From IMG/VR virus record IMGVR_UViG_3300048547_000618: a DNA stretch of 64,000 nt; one strand, written 5' to 3'. Under the pieces are notes generated by a model, which made no database searches, had not been told where the DNA came from, and worked only from the letters and a program-made list of their open reading frames with translations. Each line of letters opens with the position of its first letter. Position 1 is the stretch's first letter. This document shows, in pieces, positions 1-8,233 of this stretch. Position numbers and translations under genes: made by a program. The DNA is from an uncultured virus (IMG/VR IMGVR_UViG_3300048547_000618) (taxonomy: Duplodnaviria > Heunggongvirae > Uroviricota > Caudoviricetes).

Positions 1-987
1 GTGCCTTCAATAGACAAGCCATTGACTGGTTTTAATAATAGTCCTACGCAGATCGGAAAACCCCAAGGCGCTACCACGTTTAAACCAACTGCTGCTGTAA
101 AAGCAGCTCCTGCAAATACTAATAGAAGAGCCACAAAAAGCGACCTACAAAAATTGTTGCAAGATTACAATGATAAAATTCCTGCAAAATGGCGTAATGT
201 TTTAATGAAAATCTTTGATTATTTGAATAGAGTAAACGTAGCATTTAAAGTAGTTGACTTAATTATGATTTTAAGCGCGTTGGAACAGACTGAAGAATCA
301 CAGAGAACAAAACTATTAGGAACATGGCTTGGCGGCTTTATTGGTGCTGGTGGTGGCGGTTTAGCTGGCGGCGCTGCTGGACTGCTCGGCGGACCACTTG
401 CGTGGCTTACAGTTCCTGCAGGTGGAATTGCTGGCGCAATTCTTGGCGGTCTTGCTGGAGATTATCTTGGCCTTAAAATTGTGGAATGGGCATTGGGTGA
501 AACACCGCCACAAAGTGAAATTAACAAAGTTCAATCTCAAATTAATGATGCTCTTGGCACTTCACAACTGATGGCAGAAGCTGCAGCAAAATATGGAGGT
601 GGTGGGCAAACTACTACATCTGCAAACTATGGACCTCCGGGTACTGGCGGCCTAGGTCTATTTGACGTGCCAGCCGCAGCTATATCTGGAATGGGAGTAG
701 GATCGGGTAGGGTTTATCCAAATGCAAGGTTGAGCAGCGCTCAAGCAAGAAGAATTGTGAATGTTGCGCCAGGGTTTGAAACTAATGCTTTAGACGCGAT
801 TGCGGATCTAGCTCTTCAAAATGGTAACACTGTTATTATTAAAGGTGGGGATCAAACTGTTTCACCAGTTATAACACAAAAAGGCGGTGATGCATTTGTT
901 GAAGCTCCTACCATTATCGGTGGTCATATGGATAAAAATATGAACACTTACGCATCAGGTCCGTATCCTGGTACCGTGTATGATTAA
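1..987 (+). CDS. Gly/Ala-rich putative virion (tail/baseplate or tape-measure-like) protein, probably 5'-truncated by the window edge
   Basis: Long ORF with a hydrophobic glycine-zipper segment (GGFIGAGGGGLAGGAAGLLGG), ending at a terminator; function inferred only. Confidence 0.35.
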   Translation: MPSIDKPLTGFNNSPTQIGKPQGATTFKPTAAVKAAPANTNRRATKSDLQKLLQDYNDKIPAKWRNVLMKIFDYLNRVNVAFKVVDLIMILSALEQTEESQRTKLLGTWLGGFIGAGGGGLAGGAAGLLGGPLAWLTVPAGGIAGAILGGLAGDYLGLKIVEWALGETPPQSEINKVQSQINDALGTSQLMAEAAAKYGGGGQTTTSANYGPPGTGGLGLFDVPAAAISGMGVGSGRVYPNARLSSAQARRIVNVAPGFETNALDAIADLALQNGNTVIIKGGDQTVSPVITQKGGDAFVEAPTIIGGHMDKNMNTYASGPYPGTVYD

Positions 988-989
988 TT

Positions 990-1018
990 AAAAAAAGGGG
1001 ACCCGAAGATCCCCTTTT
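990..1018. terminator. Bidirectional rho-independent terminator between convergent genes
   Basis: AAAAAAGGGGACCCGAAGATCCCCTTTT; the minus strand gives a GC stem with a C(UUCG)G loop and a U-tract. Confidence 0.85.
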
Positions 1019-1020
1019 CC

Positions 1021-1239
1021 TTAATCTTTATTTGAAACAAACGAATACATTTCTGTAGCTTTTTTCGTGAGCTCCTCGACTGAATATAGTTCAGTCATCT
1101 TTTGATATTCTTCAAATTGAATTTGACCTAATTCCATCATTTTGGCTGCATAGATATGGTTAGTTTCATGGATTTGATCCATATACTCTTTAGCCATCTG
1201 CAACATATCTGCACGAATTTCAAAAGGGTTTTTACTCAT
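1021..1239 (-). CDS. Hypothetical protein
   Basis: 72-aa ORF translationally coupled to the upstream gene. Confidence 0.7.
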   Translation of the reverse strand: MSKNPFEIRADMLQMAKEYMDQIHETNHIYAAKMMELGQIQFEEYQKMTELYSVEELTKKATEMYSFVSNKD

Positions 1240-1448
1240 TATTTCATTACCTTTGCTGCGGTTTCACCAGATGCATTCATAAAATCAGTCATAGATTTCA
1301 TTGCCACTTTAGTAAAAGATGTTTGCGCTTCAATAAAAGCATGTAGTGGCGCAGACAATTTTTCGTCTTTTACCAATGTATCAACCATTGTTTTCTTTGT
1401 AGATTGAATATGGTCGATAAAGTAGTTAGTTGTAAAGTCGTTAAACAT
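1239..1448 (-). CDS. Hypothetical amphipathic helical protein (possibly phasin-like)
   Basis: 69 aa with a strong RBS (AGGAG); the phasin resemblance is weak. Confidence 0.55.
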   Translation of the reverse strand: MFNDFTTNYFIDHIQSTKKTMVDTLVKDEKLSAPLHAFIEAQTSFTKVAMKSMTDFMNASGETAAKVMK

Positions 1449-1470
1449 TTTTGTTCTCCTGTGTGTTGTG

Positions 1471-1665
1471 TTATCCGCCTCCTGCGAAGCGGTCCTTTGG
1501 TTTATACCAATTCTTTTGATGAAAAATTTTGGCTCTAAGATTTGTAATAGCTTCTATTTCAAATCCTACAACGCCGGTACGCTGATGTTGTAATACAATC
1601 AACGCTTCATCAATCATATTTATATCATCAACATCTAAGTTGAAACTGGTATTAGGTTTTACCAT
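1471..1665 (-). CDS. Hypothetical protein
   Basis: 64-aa ORF coupled to the DoxX gene. Confidence 0.6.
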   Translation of the reverse strand: MVKPNTSFNLDVDDINMIDEALIVLQHQRTGVVGFEIEAITNLRAKIFHQKNWYKPKDRFAGGG

Positions 1666-2066
1666 TACGTTCTATTACCTCTTAGTGCAAAAAACATTCC
1701 ACCTACCCATAATAAAACATGAAAGTTATCATATAGAATTACATCCATAAAGCTTTCAGGTTCGCCGATCCAAATAACGCCTGTCATAATACTACAGATT
1801 GTAATACCACTAAACCGCGTAGTTAGATCGCCCAATTCTTTAAACCAATTGGCAAGTACTCCGCCAACGAGTAATCCGACTCCTGAACCAATTTCACCAT
1901 AAACAACAAAGACCCAAACAATTAGTGGTAGTGCAAAGGACTCTGCTGTTCCAGCATCAACGGGCCATTTATCAAGGCCCTGTTGAAGGAATACGATGGC
2001 CAATGGAATACGAAGTAACCAATGGCTCATACAAAACTCTGGTATTTTATCAACTAAACTTTTCAT
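1665..2066 (-). CDS. DoxX-family membrane protein
   Basis: LLRIPLAIVFLQQGLDK, GEIGSG and TRFSG motifs; about 4 TM segments. Confidence 0.75.
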   Translation of the reverse strand: MKSLVDKIPEFCMSHWLLRIPLAIVFLQQGLDKWPVDAGTAESFALPLIVWVFVVYGEIGSGVGLLVGGVLANWFKELGDLTTRFSGITICSIMTGVIWIGEPESFMDVILYDNFHVLLWVGGMFFALRGNRT

Positions 2067-2076
2067 TTCGGCTTGC

Positions 2077-2367
2077 TCATTCTAAATGATCCTCAGCACC
2101 ATATGCTTCTTGCCAATACTCATGTGTTTGATATGCTGCCGTAACATAGCCTGCCGCAAATGCAAATAAAACCAAAGCCGTAATCTTAAGATTCTTTTTT
2201 AGTCCGCCTTTGCCTTTGCTGCGTTTGTATGCTCGCCACATCCACCAAAAGCCGCCAATAGTAAGCACTGTACTGAGTGCAATAATCCAAGGGTTGCTGG
2301 CTAATTGCGCCCCTGTTGCTCCAAATATAAGCAACAGAAGTCCGTTAATGTAACATGCTGGACACAT
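2077..2367 (-). CDS. Small membrane protein with N-terminal CPAC motif (putative metal/redox binding)
   Basis: MCPAC followed by 3 hydrophobic segments; coupled to pseudoazurin. Confidence 0.55.
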   Translation of the reverse strand: MCPACYINGLLLLIFGATGAQLASNPWIIALSTVLTIGGFWWMWRAYKRSKGKGGLKKNLKITALVLFAFAAGYVTAAYQTHEYWQEAYGAEDHLE

Positions 2368-2795
2368 TATAGATCAGCCAGTAACTCTTTGAACTTCTTC
2401 TTTGACTTGCCTTTTACTTTGACATCTTTCAAACGATCTTTAGCTTCACCTTCTGGCTTACCTACAACCACAATGGCAATCATGCCCATTGTTTTGTGTG
2501 GCGAACACTGATATAGATATACGCCTGGTGTATCAAATGTAATCGCCACTTCTTTGTTAAGTTTTGATTTCTTTGGTGCTTTCCATCCGTCTGGGCCCGC
2601 AATAAATTCTACATTGTGACCTTTTGATGTTGGTACCCATGTGATTGTATCACCTACGTCAATACGTGCGATATCTTCACTATATACCATCTTAGCGCCA
2701 TCATCACGTTTGTTCAACATTTCAACAGTCATATCTTCAGCATATGCCGTTGTTGCAAAAAGCGCCATAATACTAGCGGTAATTAAATTTTTCAT
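2367..2795 (-). CDS. Pseudoazurin (type-1 blue copper protein) with signal peptide
   Basis: Signal peptide, then VEMLNK, GDTITWVPTSKGHNVE and YQCSPHKTMGM (His/Cys/His/Met Cu ligands). Confidence 0.9.
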   Translation of the reverse strand: MKNLITASIMALFATTAYAEDMTVEMLNKRDDGAKMVYSEDIARIDVGDTITWVPTSKGHNVEFIAGPDGWKAPKKSKLNKEVAITFDTPGVYLYQCSPHKTMGMIAIVVVGKPEGEAKDRLKDVKVKGKSKKKFKELLADL

Positions 2796-2810
2796 ATTTG
2801 TTTCCTATCT

Positions 2811-3017
2811 TTATTTCTTTACATTAAGATTGGACGGATTATATTGTTCGCCATTATAGGCAGGATAGGTGTCGTCCTCTACCCCAAAGTTACACGATGC
2901 TACAATCAATAAAAATGCAATCGAAGCATAGGTAGTTCGTTTAGACCATAAGATGAAGCCATCAAAGGTTTTTTCCGCTTCTTTCTGAGCGGCTGCACGT
3001 ACTTCATCATCAGTCAT
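2811..3017 (-). CDS. aa3-type cytochrome c oxidase subunit IV-like protein
   Basis: EKTFDGFILWS plus one TM helix matches the alphaproteobacterial subunit IV pattern (xEKTFxGF). Confidence 0.6.
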   Translation of the reverse strand: MTDDEVRAAAQKEAEKTFDGFILWSKRTTYASIAFLLIVASCNFGVEDDTYPAYNGEQYNPSNLNVKK

Positions 3018-3193
3018 AGTGATCTTGTCCCATAATAAGAACGATAAACTTCTGCGAGTTCTTGTTGGTCAGTTGACTCTTGAACAACATAATCTTCTTT
3101 ATCAACTTTTGCACCATCTGCAATTGAAATCGCATCTTCTAAACGTGATGCGATTGCAATTATTTCACCAGATTTTTTTCTAACAATATGCAT
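3014..3193 (-). CDS. Hypothetical protein
   Basis: Probable start MHIVRKK, coupled to its neighbours. Confidence 0.55.
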   Translation of the reverse strand: MHIVRKKSGEIIAIASRLEDAISIADGAKVDKEDYVVQESTDQQELAEVYRSYYGTRSL

Positions 3194-3351
3194 TACTCTA
3201 AACCTATACACGGAATAAGAATAGATTGCTTACAATTATCTGGGTAAGCAATTGCTGAACCAAGAATAGGTAAACCTACCATCATAATAATAATAATCAA
3301 GAATGCCCAGCCTAAGCCTTTGGTTGTGCAATATTGTGTTTGCTCACTCAT
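3193..3351 (-). CDS. Small membrane protein with three Cys
   Basis: Probable start MSEQTQYC; one TM helix. Confidence 0.55.
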   Translation of the reverse strand: MSEQTQYCTTKGLGWAFLIIIIMMVGLPILGSAIAYPDNCKQSILIPCIGLE

Positions 3352-3703
3352 GCTCACCACCATTTGCACGGCCATTATATTTACGACCTGATTTTAAAAG
3401 ATTGTTAAGAGACTCGGGATTGTTTTCTGCTTGACGAAATGTCACAACTGTAATTGTAATACCGCTAATAAGCAATAGGTGAAACGCAGCACTAATTCCA
3501 AATGCCAAATAACTTCCTACCATTAATGCAAAAATACCAGACCAAATAAAGAATAGACACTGAAAGATCATGTGTCCTACCATAGGGTCTAAATTTTGTA
3601 GTGGGGATTTTTCTACTGTCATTACGCTATCCCACATATCTTTAGGAATACTTGCAATTTCAGTCAATGTGGTTGCCCATCCAATGGGTTTTACCTTTTT
3701 CAT
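3344..3703 (-). CDS. Hypothetical membrane protein
   Basis: 119 aa, 2 TM segments each with a His nearby; RBS GGAG. Confidence 0.7.
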   Translation of the reverse strand: MKKVKPIGWATTLTEIASIPKDMWDSVMTVEKSPLQNLDPMVGHMIFQCLFFIWSGIFALMVGSYLAFGISAAFHLLLISGITITVVTFRQAENNPESLNNLLKSGRKYNGRANGGEHE

Positions 3704-3726
3704 ATTACTCTCCGTGTGTGTTAAAA

Positions 3727-3750
3727 GTCAAACCCAGTATAGGGTTTGAC
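3727..3750 (-). terminator. Stem-loop (terminator- or attenuator-like)
   Basis: Perfect 9-bp inverted repeat GTCAAACCC-N6-GGGTTTGAC followed by TTTT on the minus strand. Confidence 0.55.
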
Positions 3751-3758
3751 CGTTATTA

Positions 3759-3791
3759 GAATCAATATAACATAGTTTATTATTTTGTCAA
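3759..3791 (-). promoter_or_regulatory. Sigma70-type promoter for the respiratory gene cluster
   Basis: TTGACA-N16-TATATT followed immediately by GATTC. Confidence 0.65.
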
Positions 3792-3797
3792 TAGTAC

Positions 3798-4256
3798 TTA
3801 CCCGTTGAGAAGTTCAGCCTTATGATTTCCGTTGTTGATAGCAATCTTTCGAGGTTTCTTTTCTTCAGGAATTACATTTTCTAACGAAATGGTTAGAATG
3901 CCATTTACAAAATCTGCTCCATTAACAACAATGGTATCAGCTATTGTAAAAGATCTACGGAAGGAACGAGCCGATAGCCCACGATGCAAATATGTTTTTT
4001 CATCGTTATCACCTTGGTTACCTTCAACATATAATACTCCATCTTTTAGTGTAACGTCAATATCTTCATCTTTAAAACCAGCTAATGCCAGTTCTATAGT
4101 AAAATTATCTTCGTCTACTTTTACAATATTATATGGGGGATAATTGGACGTGTTGCGATGCACTGTATCAACAGAATTCATTCTTTCTAACATTCTGTCA
4201 AATCCGATAAACAATGGATCGTTTAGCGCTGCCGCATTAAATTTAGTTCTAGTCAT
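3798..4256 (-). CDS. hsp20: Small heat-shock protein (Hsp20/IbpA-like)
   Basis: YPPYNI, IELALAGF, YLHRGLSARSFRRSF, NGILTISL and IPEEKKPRKI motifs. Confidence 0.95.
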   Translation of the reverse strand: MTRTKFNAAALNDPLFIGFDRMLERMNSVDTVHRNTSNYPPYNIVKVDEDNFTIELALAGFKDEDIDVTLKDGVLYVEGNQGDNDEKTYLHRGLSARSFRRSFTIADTIVVNGADFVNGILTISLENVIPEEKKPRKIAINNGNHKAELLNG

Positions 4257-4311
4257 TTTTGTTCTCCTTAAATAAGCGAGTTAATTTTAATAGACCTCTG
4301 TTGAGCGTCTA
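4257..4311 (-). promoter_or_regulatory. ROSE-like RNA thermometer in the hsp20 5' UTR
   Basis: SD-sequestering hairpin CUC-G-CUU-AUUU-AAG-GAG with UCGCU motif and bulged G; upstream hairpin UAGAC...GUCUA. Confidence 0.65.
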
Positions 4312-4316
4312 CTATC

Positions 4317-4346
4317 TATATATAATACTTTTTAGTTAAATGTCAA
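4317..4346 (-). promoter_or_regulatory. Sigma70-type promoter for hsp20
   Basis: TTGACA at 4346-4341 with a TATATA-like -10. Confidence 0.5.
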
Positions 4347-4349
4347 TAG

Positions 4350-4685
4350 TTATGGGGATTTTTTTTCAATTTTTTTTGTTGGAATTGAATAAGGCTCAAA
4401 CCCCCATCCCGCCATTACTAAACAAGCTATGTTTCCTGGATATAACGATACTAAACTCCATGCACCGGTTTTCTGATTAACATGGAATACCACTTCAGGT
4501 GTTTGTTGCTCACCGCTAATATGGAATGTTGTGCCGCGGCCTTTCCAAAGCATATCTTGCCCTGTTGATTTTAAAATTGCTCCAGCTTCTTCAAACGATC
4601 CACAAGGATGTCGTGTGATATCACCTTGTTCTTGTGCCACAGCAGAGCTCGCAGCAAGTAGTCCTAAAGTAATGTATTTTAACAT
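4350..4685 (-). CDS. Hypothetical exported protein
   Basis: Likely start MLKYITLGLLAASSAVA (signal peptide) after GGAG; the longer ORF call overlaps dut. Confidence 0.6.
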   Translation of the reverse strand: MLKYITLGLLAASSAVAQEQGDITRHPCGSFEEAGAILKSTGQDMLWKGRGTTFHISGEQQTPEVVFHVNQKTGAWSLVSLYPGNIACLVMAGWGFEPYSIPTKKIEKKSP

Positions 4686-4686
4686 T

Positions 4687-5196
4687 TTAATCTCCTGTAC
4701 TACCAAAACCTCCATCACGATCTGTCTTAGAAACAATTGGTTCAGCAGTTTCATTAATTTCAATTTTTGTAGTCTTTTCAATAAGACACTGCGCCAGTCT
4801 CTCACCGTTTTCAATCATAACAAGACTATCAGTTTGATTAATCATCATAATGAAAGTCTGTTCCACATAGTCTGAATCTATTATACCAACATTATTTGCT
4901 AATGTCAATCCTTTTTTTAGTGCAACGCCTGAACGTACGTACATTTTCATTACGTGGTTTTCAGGTATATCAAACACGAGGCCAGTTGGTATTAAGACTC
5001 TAGTATCCGGGGGAATTTGAAACGCGTCAGCAACTCGCCCAACACCTTTAACCGCCACGTGTGTTTCTTTATTCCAATTATTATAGGCTAAAAGTTTATC
5101 ACCACGTTTAAAACATGCTTTAATATCAAAACAAGCTGAGCCATCTGTTGCATATGCCGGCAACTCAGCATTTTCATTCACTTTATATACATTCAT
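4687..5196 (-). CDS. dut: dUTPase (trimeric type)
   Basis: SACFDI, RSGVALKKG, GIIDSDY, GERLAQ and RDGGFGSTG motifs. Confidence 0.95.
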   Translation of the reverse strand: MNVYKVNENAELPAYATDGSACFDIKACFKRGDKLLAYNNWNKETHVAVKGVGRVADAFQIPPDTRVLIPTGLVFDIPENHVMKMYVRSGVALKKGLTLANNVGIIDSDYVEQTFIMMINQTDSLVMIENGERLAQCLIEKTTKIEINETAEPIVSKTDRDGGFGSTGD

Positions 5197-5199
5197 AAT

Positions 5200-5607
5200 T
5201 TATTTTTTTCCTATGTTATATTTTGCCTCTAATATCCAATTACCTTTTTCTTTATGAGATAATATTTTAATTTGGTTTAATGGGGCAATTGGGTCTTGTG
5301 CGTTATCTGTGTCAATAACATTAACTAATCCCCATTCTTCAAGTAGGTTAACAATTGTGTTACGCCTTGCTTTGTCTTCATCAGCAAATGTATCTTTTTT
5401 ACCATCTAAAATAAATAGTTCTTTAAAGTGTAAAATTGAATATCGACCTTGCTTGTGTAATATATGGCAAGACTGATACAGCTTCTTTTCTTTGCGGGAT
5501 GAAATACCAATACGCGTGAGAGTTTCTTTAATTTTTAAAAAACTATCCTGTGTTGGGAGGGATACCTCAATACCAACACCTTTAAAAATGTTTTCTTCAG
5601 ATTGCAT
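5200..5607 (-). CDS. regA: Translational repressor RegA
   Basis: FLKIKETLTRIGI, LYQSCHILHKQGRY and HFKELF motifs; located after gp62. Confidence 0.95.
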   Translation of the reverse strand: MQSEENIFKGVGIEVSLPTQDSFLKIKETLTRIGISSRKEKKLYQSCHILHKQGRYSILHFKELFILDGKKDTFADEDKARRNTIVNLLEEWGLVNVIDTDNAQDPIAPLNQIKILSHKEKGNWILEAKYNIGKK

Positions 5608-5669
5608 AACGACAGCACCTTTTTTATTATTATTATCACTGAACGCTCAATTGCGATTCTCAATATTTA

Positions 5670-6086
5670 TCATTTCTTTGATTTGGTGCCAACACCGCCT
5701 GTCTCAAGCTTCGTATGGATAGTCTTTAAATCTTCAACTGTTAACGCCTTAAGGTAAAGCTTTGCTATGGTTCTATTACATTGATACACTTCCTGAATAG
5801 CGTCTAAGTCTATGTTTTTATCAGCTTTTGGCCATTTTGAAAAACGTTTACGTTTACGTAATGCTCCACGATAATAGTCAAATTGAGCACGGTCAAATAA
5901 ATGAGCACGTTGATTCAATTCGTTTGCATGGAGTATGGTATCTTCAAAGTTTGCAAAGCCACGATTGACCATGTAAGGAACATATAGCTTTTCAGCTTGG
6001 TCTGGGTTTTCGTGGTTACCAATCAGATCCTCTTTAGTAAAGGATACTGCATTCATAAAATCAAATGGTGTTATCTCTTTCGGCAA
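5670..6086 (-). CDS. gp62: Clamp loader small subunit (T4 gp62-like)
   Basis: YVPYMVNRGF, ANELN and RKRKRFSKW; synteny. Confidence 0.9.
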   Translation of the reverse strand: MPKEITPFDFMNAVSFTKEDLIGNHENPDQAEKLYVPYMVNRGFANFEDTILHANELNQRAHLFDRAQFDYYRGALRKRKRFSKWPKADKNIDLDAIQEVYQCNRTIAKLYLKALTVEDLKTIHTKLETGGVGTKSKK

Positions 6087-6267
6087 TTACTTCCTCCAAT
6101 TCTTTCATCATATCATCAAAATCTTTAGCACAAGTTGGGCATAGCTTTAGGTGTAGTACTCCATCAAGCGTATCAAGATCTACATTGTATATATCTTTCT
6201 TATCAATATATTTTTCACAATTGAAACAAGTGTGGACACCTATTAGTTTTTTTATCCATTCACTCAT
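6061..6267 (-). CDS. Small zinc-finger-like protein
   Basis: CFNC...CPTC; inserted between gp44 and gp62. Confidence 0.6.
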   Translation of the reverse strand: MSEWIKKLIGVHTCFNCEKYIDKKDIYNVDLDTLDGVLHLKLCPTCAKDFDDMMKELEEVIAERDNTI

Positions 6268-7217
6268 TTATATTCGGCTTCAATCATTACTTCAGTTAAG
6301 AATGCAACCATATTGACTTCAAGATCTGCAACAAAGTTTGCCTTATACATATAATCTGCCAGAGTTACAACAAACCCAGGTAATGATTTCATTAAAACTT
6401 TATCAGATCCCATATCATAAATGCGACGGAACATTTCATTCATATCTTGATCGCTATTCTTTGCAACCCATTTACGCATATTAGTAAAGTCTTTAGCTTT
6501 TAACAAACGAAACAATTCATCCATGGACTCTTGCTTCAAATTGATAAAGATACCTTCGTCAATTTTACCTGATGCTGAGTAGGATTGCAGTTCAGTTAGT
6601 ACACGACGGAAATCAGGGAAGTGTTTTTGAATAACCTTTGCAACAACAGATTGGTCATATTCTACTTGTTCTTGTTCGAGGATTTGCGTAACTCGTTTCA
6701 TAAACTGCATTGCAAGTTTAGGACGGTCAGATGTTTCAATTGTAAAGTCAACTTCAGACAACCGAGAACGTAATGGCTGAATAATTCTATTCTTAAAGTT
6801 ACAAGTAAAAATAAAGCCACAGTTTGAAGAATATTCTTCAATAAAATTACGCAAAGCTGGTTGAACATTTGCAGCATTAAGGTAATCAGCTTCGTCAAAG
6901 ATTACATATTTGCGACCACCTTGTAGCGATACAGCAGAGGCATATGTTGATATATCATAACGAAGAGTATCGATGTTAACATTCAAAGAGCCGTTCTTTA
7001 CAATATAATCACAGCCGAGTTCTTCGAGCATTGCTTTCGCAATTGTAGTTTTGCCAACGCCTGGGCCGCCAGTTAGCAATAAGTTTGGTACGCTGTTATC
7101 CGTAACAAACTTTGTGAACATAGATTTAGTTTTTTCAGGAAGTATAGTATCCGCGATAAGTTGCGGCCGATAGCGCTCAACCCAGAGCACTTCATTTTGT
7201 TTAGCATCAATAGACAT
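6264..7217 (-). CDS. gp44: Clamp loader large subunit (T4 gp44-like AAA+)
   Basis: LWVERYRP, GPGVGKTT, DEADYL and HFPDFRR. Confidence 0.95.
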   Translation of the reverse strand: MSIDAKQNEVLWVERYRPQLIADTILPEKTKSMFTKFVTDNSVPNLLLTGGPGVGKTTIAKAMLEELGCDYIVKNGSLNVNIDTLRYDISTYASAVSLQGGRKYVIFDEADYLNAANVQPALRNFIEEYSSNCGFIFTCNFKNRIIQPLRSRLSEVDFTIETSDRPKLAMQFMKRVTQILEQEQVEYDQSVVAKVIQKHFPDFRRVLTELQSYSASGKIDEGIFINLKQESMDELFRLLKAKDFTNMRKWVAKNSDQDMNEMFRRIYDMGSDKVLMKSLPGFVVTLADYMYKANFVADLEVNMVAFLTEVMIEAEYK

Positions 7218-7285
7218 ATTGTCTCCATAATATAAAATAAGGTGCGGGTTTGTTTTACAACGATTGCCCGCGTTCGTTTCAACAA

Positions 7286-7543
7286 TTAGTTTGTCACTTT
7301 ATCTGCAAGTGGTGCATCTTGAGGGACATCTGCTGCTGCGTCAGGTGGCGGCATCATACCTTCAGGCTGTTGCTGTTGTGCACGTAAGAACGCTTCAATT
7401 TTATTCCGAAGCATGCCAACACCTTGCAGTTCACGGCCTTCAAAAGCACCACGACGCGAGGCAATGTCAATGATTTGAACAACTGTTGCCATATCTTGTA
7501 GGTTAATTCCACCTGGATTTTCAGGTTGTTGATTTTCATCCAT
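7286..7543 (-). CDS. Hypothetical protein
   Basis: 85 aa with RBS; IIDIASRRGAF; lies between gp45 and gp44. Confidence 0.7.
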   Translation of the reverse strand: MDENQQPENPGGINLQDMATVVQIIDIASRRGAFEGRELQGVGMLRNKIEAFLRAQQQQPEGMMPPPDAAADVPQDAPLADKVTN

Positions 7544-7545
7544 AA

Positions 7546-8211
7546 TTAGGATCCTTTCTTATAAGTCGACTTTGTATCAATAGCCACGAAATACGTGACG
7601 TCTTCACCTTTAAATTCAGAGATACCTTTACTTGACAGCGTAACTCTGTAATCTTGAGGTAAGAGCTTCAAATTATCAGTTTTAATAATAATTTTAAACT
7701 CATCGGCAGTATCGCCAATTTCTACACCGTAGTCATCCGCTGCCGCAGACGAACTATCAATGGCCTTTAAGTAACACTTTCCATCCTGGCCAACAAATGC
7801 AACTTCATTAAACTGAAGAACACCTGCCGCTTTTTGAACAGATTGCAAATCATTCCAAGATACATCAACAACCACATCAGCCGACGGCAATTCAATGGTT
7901 TTTTCAGGCGCTGCGTGTATCATGGAAACGTCGGCAAAGGCGTAACGAGTACGCTGTTTACCTTCTGTGATTACAAAGTATTTATCATGAAACTCTACGT
8001 CTGGCGCAGTATGAAGTGACAAAATTGATAAAAATCTTGACAAATCGTAAATACATGCTTCTGATGGAAACTGATCTGGGATTGTTGCGGATGCAATCAG
8101 TGTTTTTTCAGGTGTAATGGTACGAAGGGTATTCCCTTGCTTCATTTGGATTGATTTGTTGATAGTAGAGAAACTCTTAAGAATAGTAAGAGTGCGTTCA
8201 GAAAATTTCAT
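7546..8211 (-). CDS. gp45: Sliding clamp (T4 gp45-like)
   Basis: MKFSERTLTILKSFSTINKSI, IYDLSRFL and NLKLLPQDY; synteny. Confidence 0.92.
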   Translation of the reverse strand: MKFSERTLTILKSFSTINKSIQMKQGNTLRTITPEKTLIASATIPDQFPSEACIYDLSRFLSILSLHTAPDVEFHDKYFVITEGKQRTRYAFADVSMIHAAPEKTIELPSADVVVDVSWNDLQSVQKAAGVLQFNEVAFVGQDGKCYLKAIDSSSAAADDYGVEIGDTADEFKIIIKTDNLKLLPQDYRVTLSSKGISEFKGEDVTYFVAIDTKSTYKKGS

Positions 8212-8233
8212 TATATAGCTCCTAGGTTAATCA

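Noticed and set aside
1..987. Bacteriocin or pore-forming toxin from the glycine-zipper segment
   Set aside because: The ORF is probably truncated at the window edge, and such segments are common in phage tail proteins; insufficient support.
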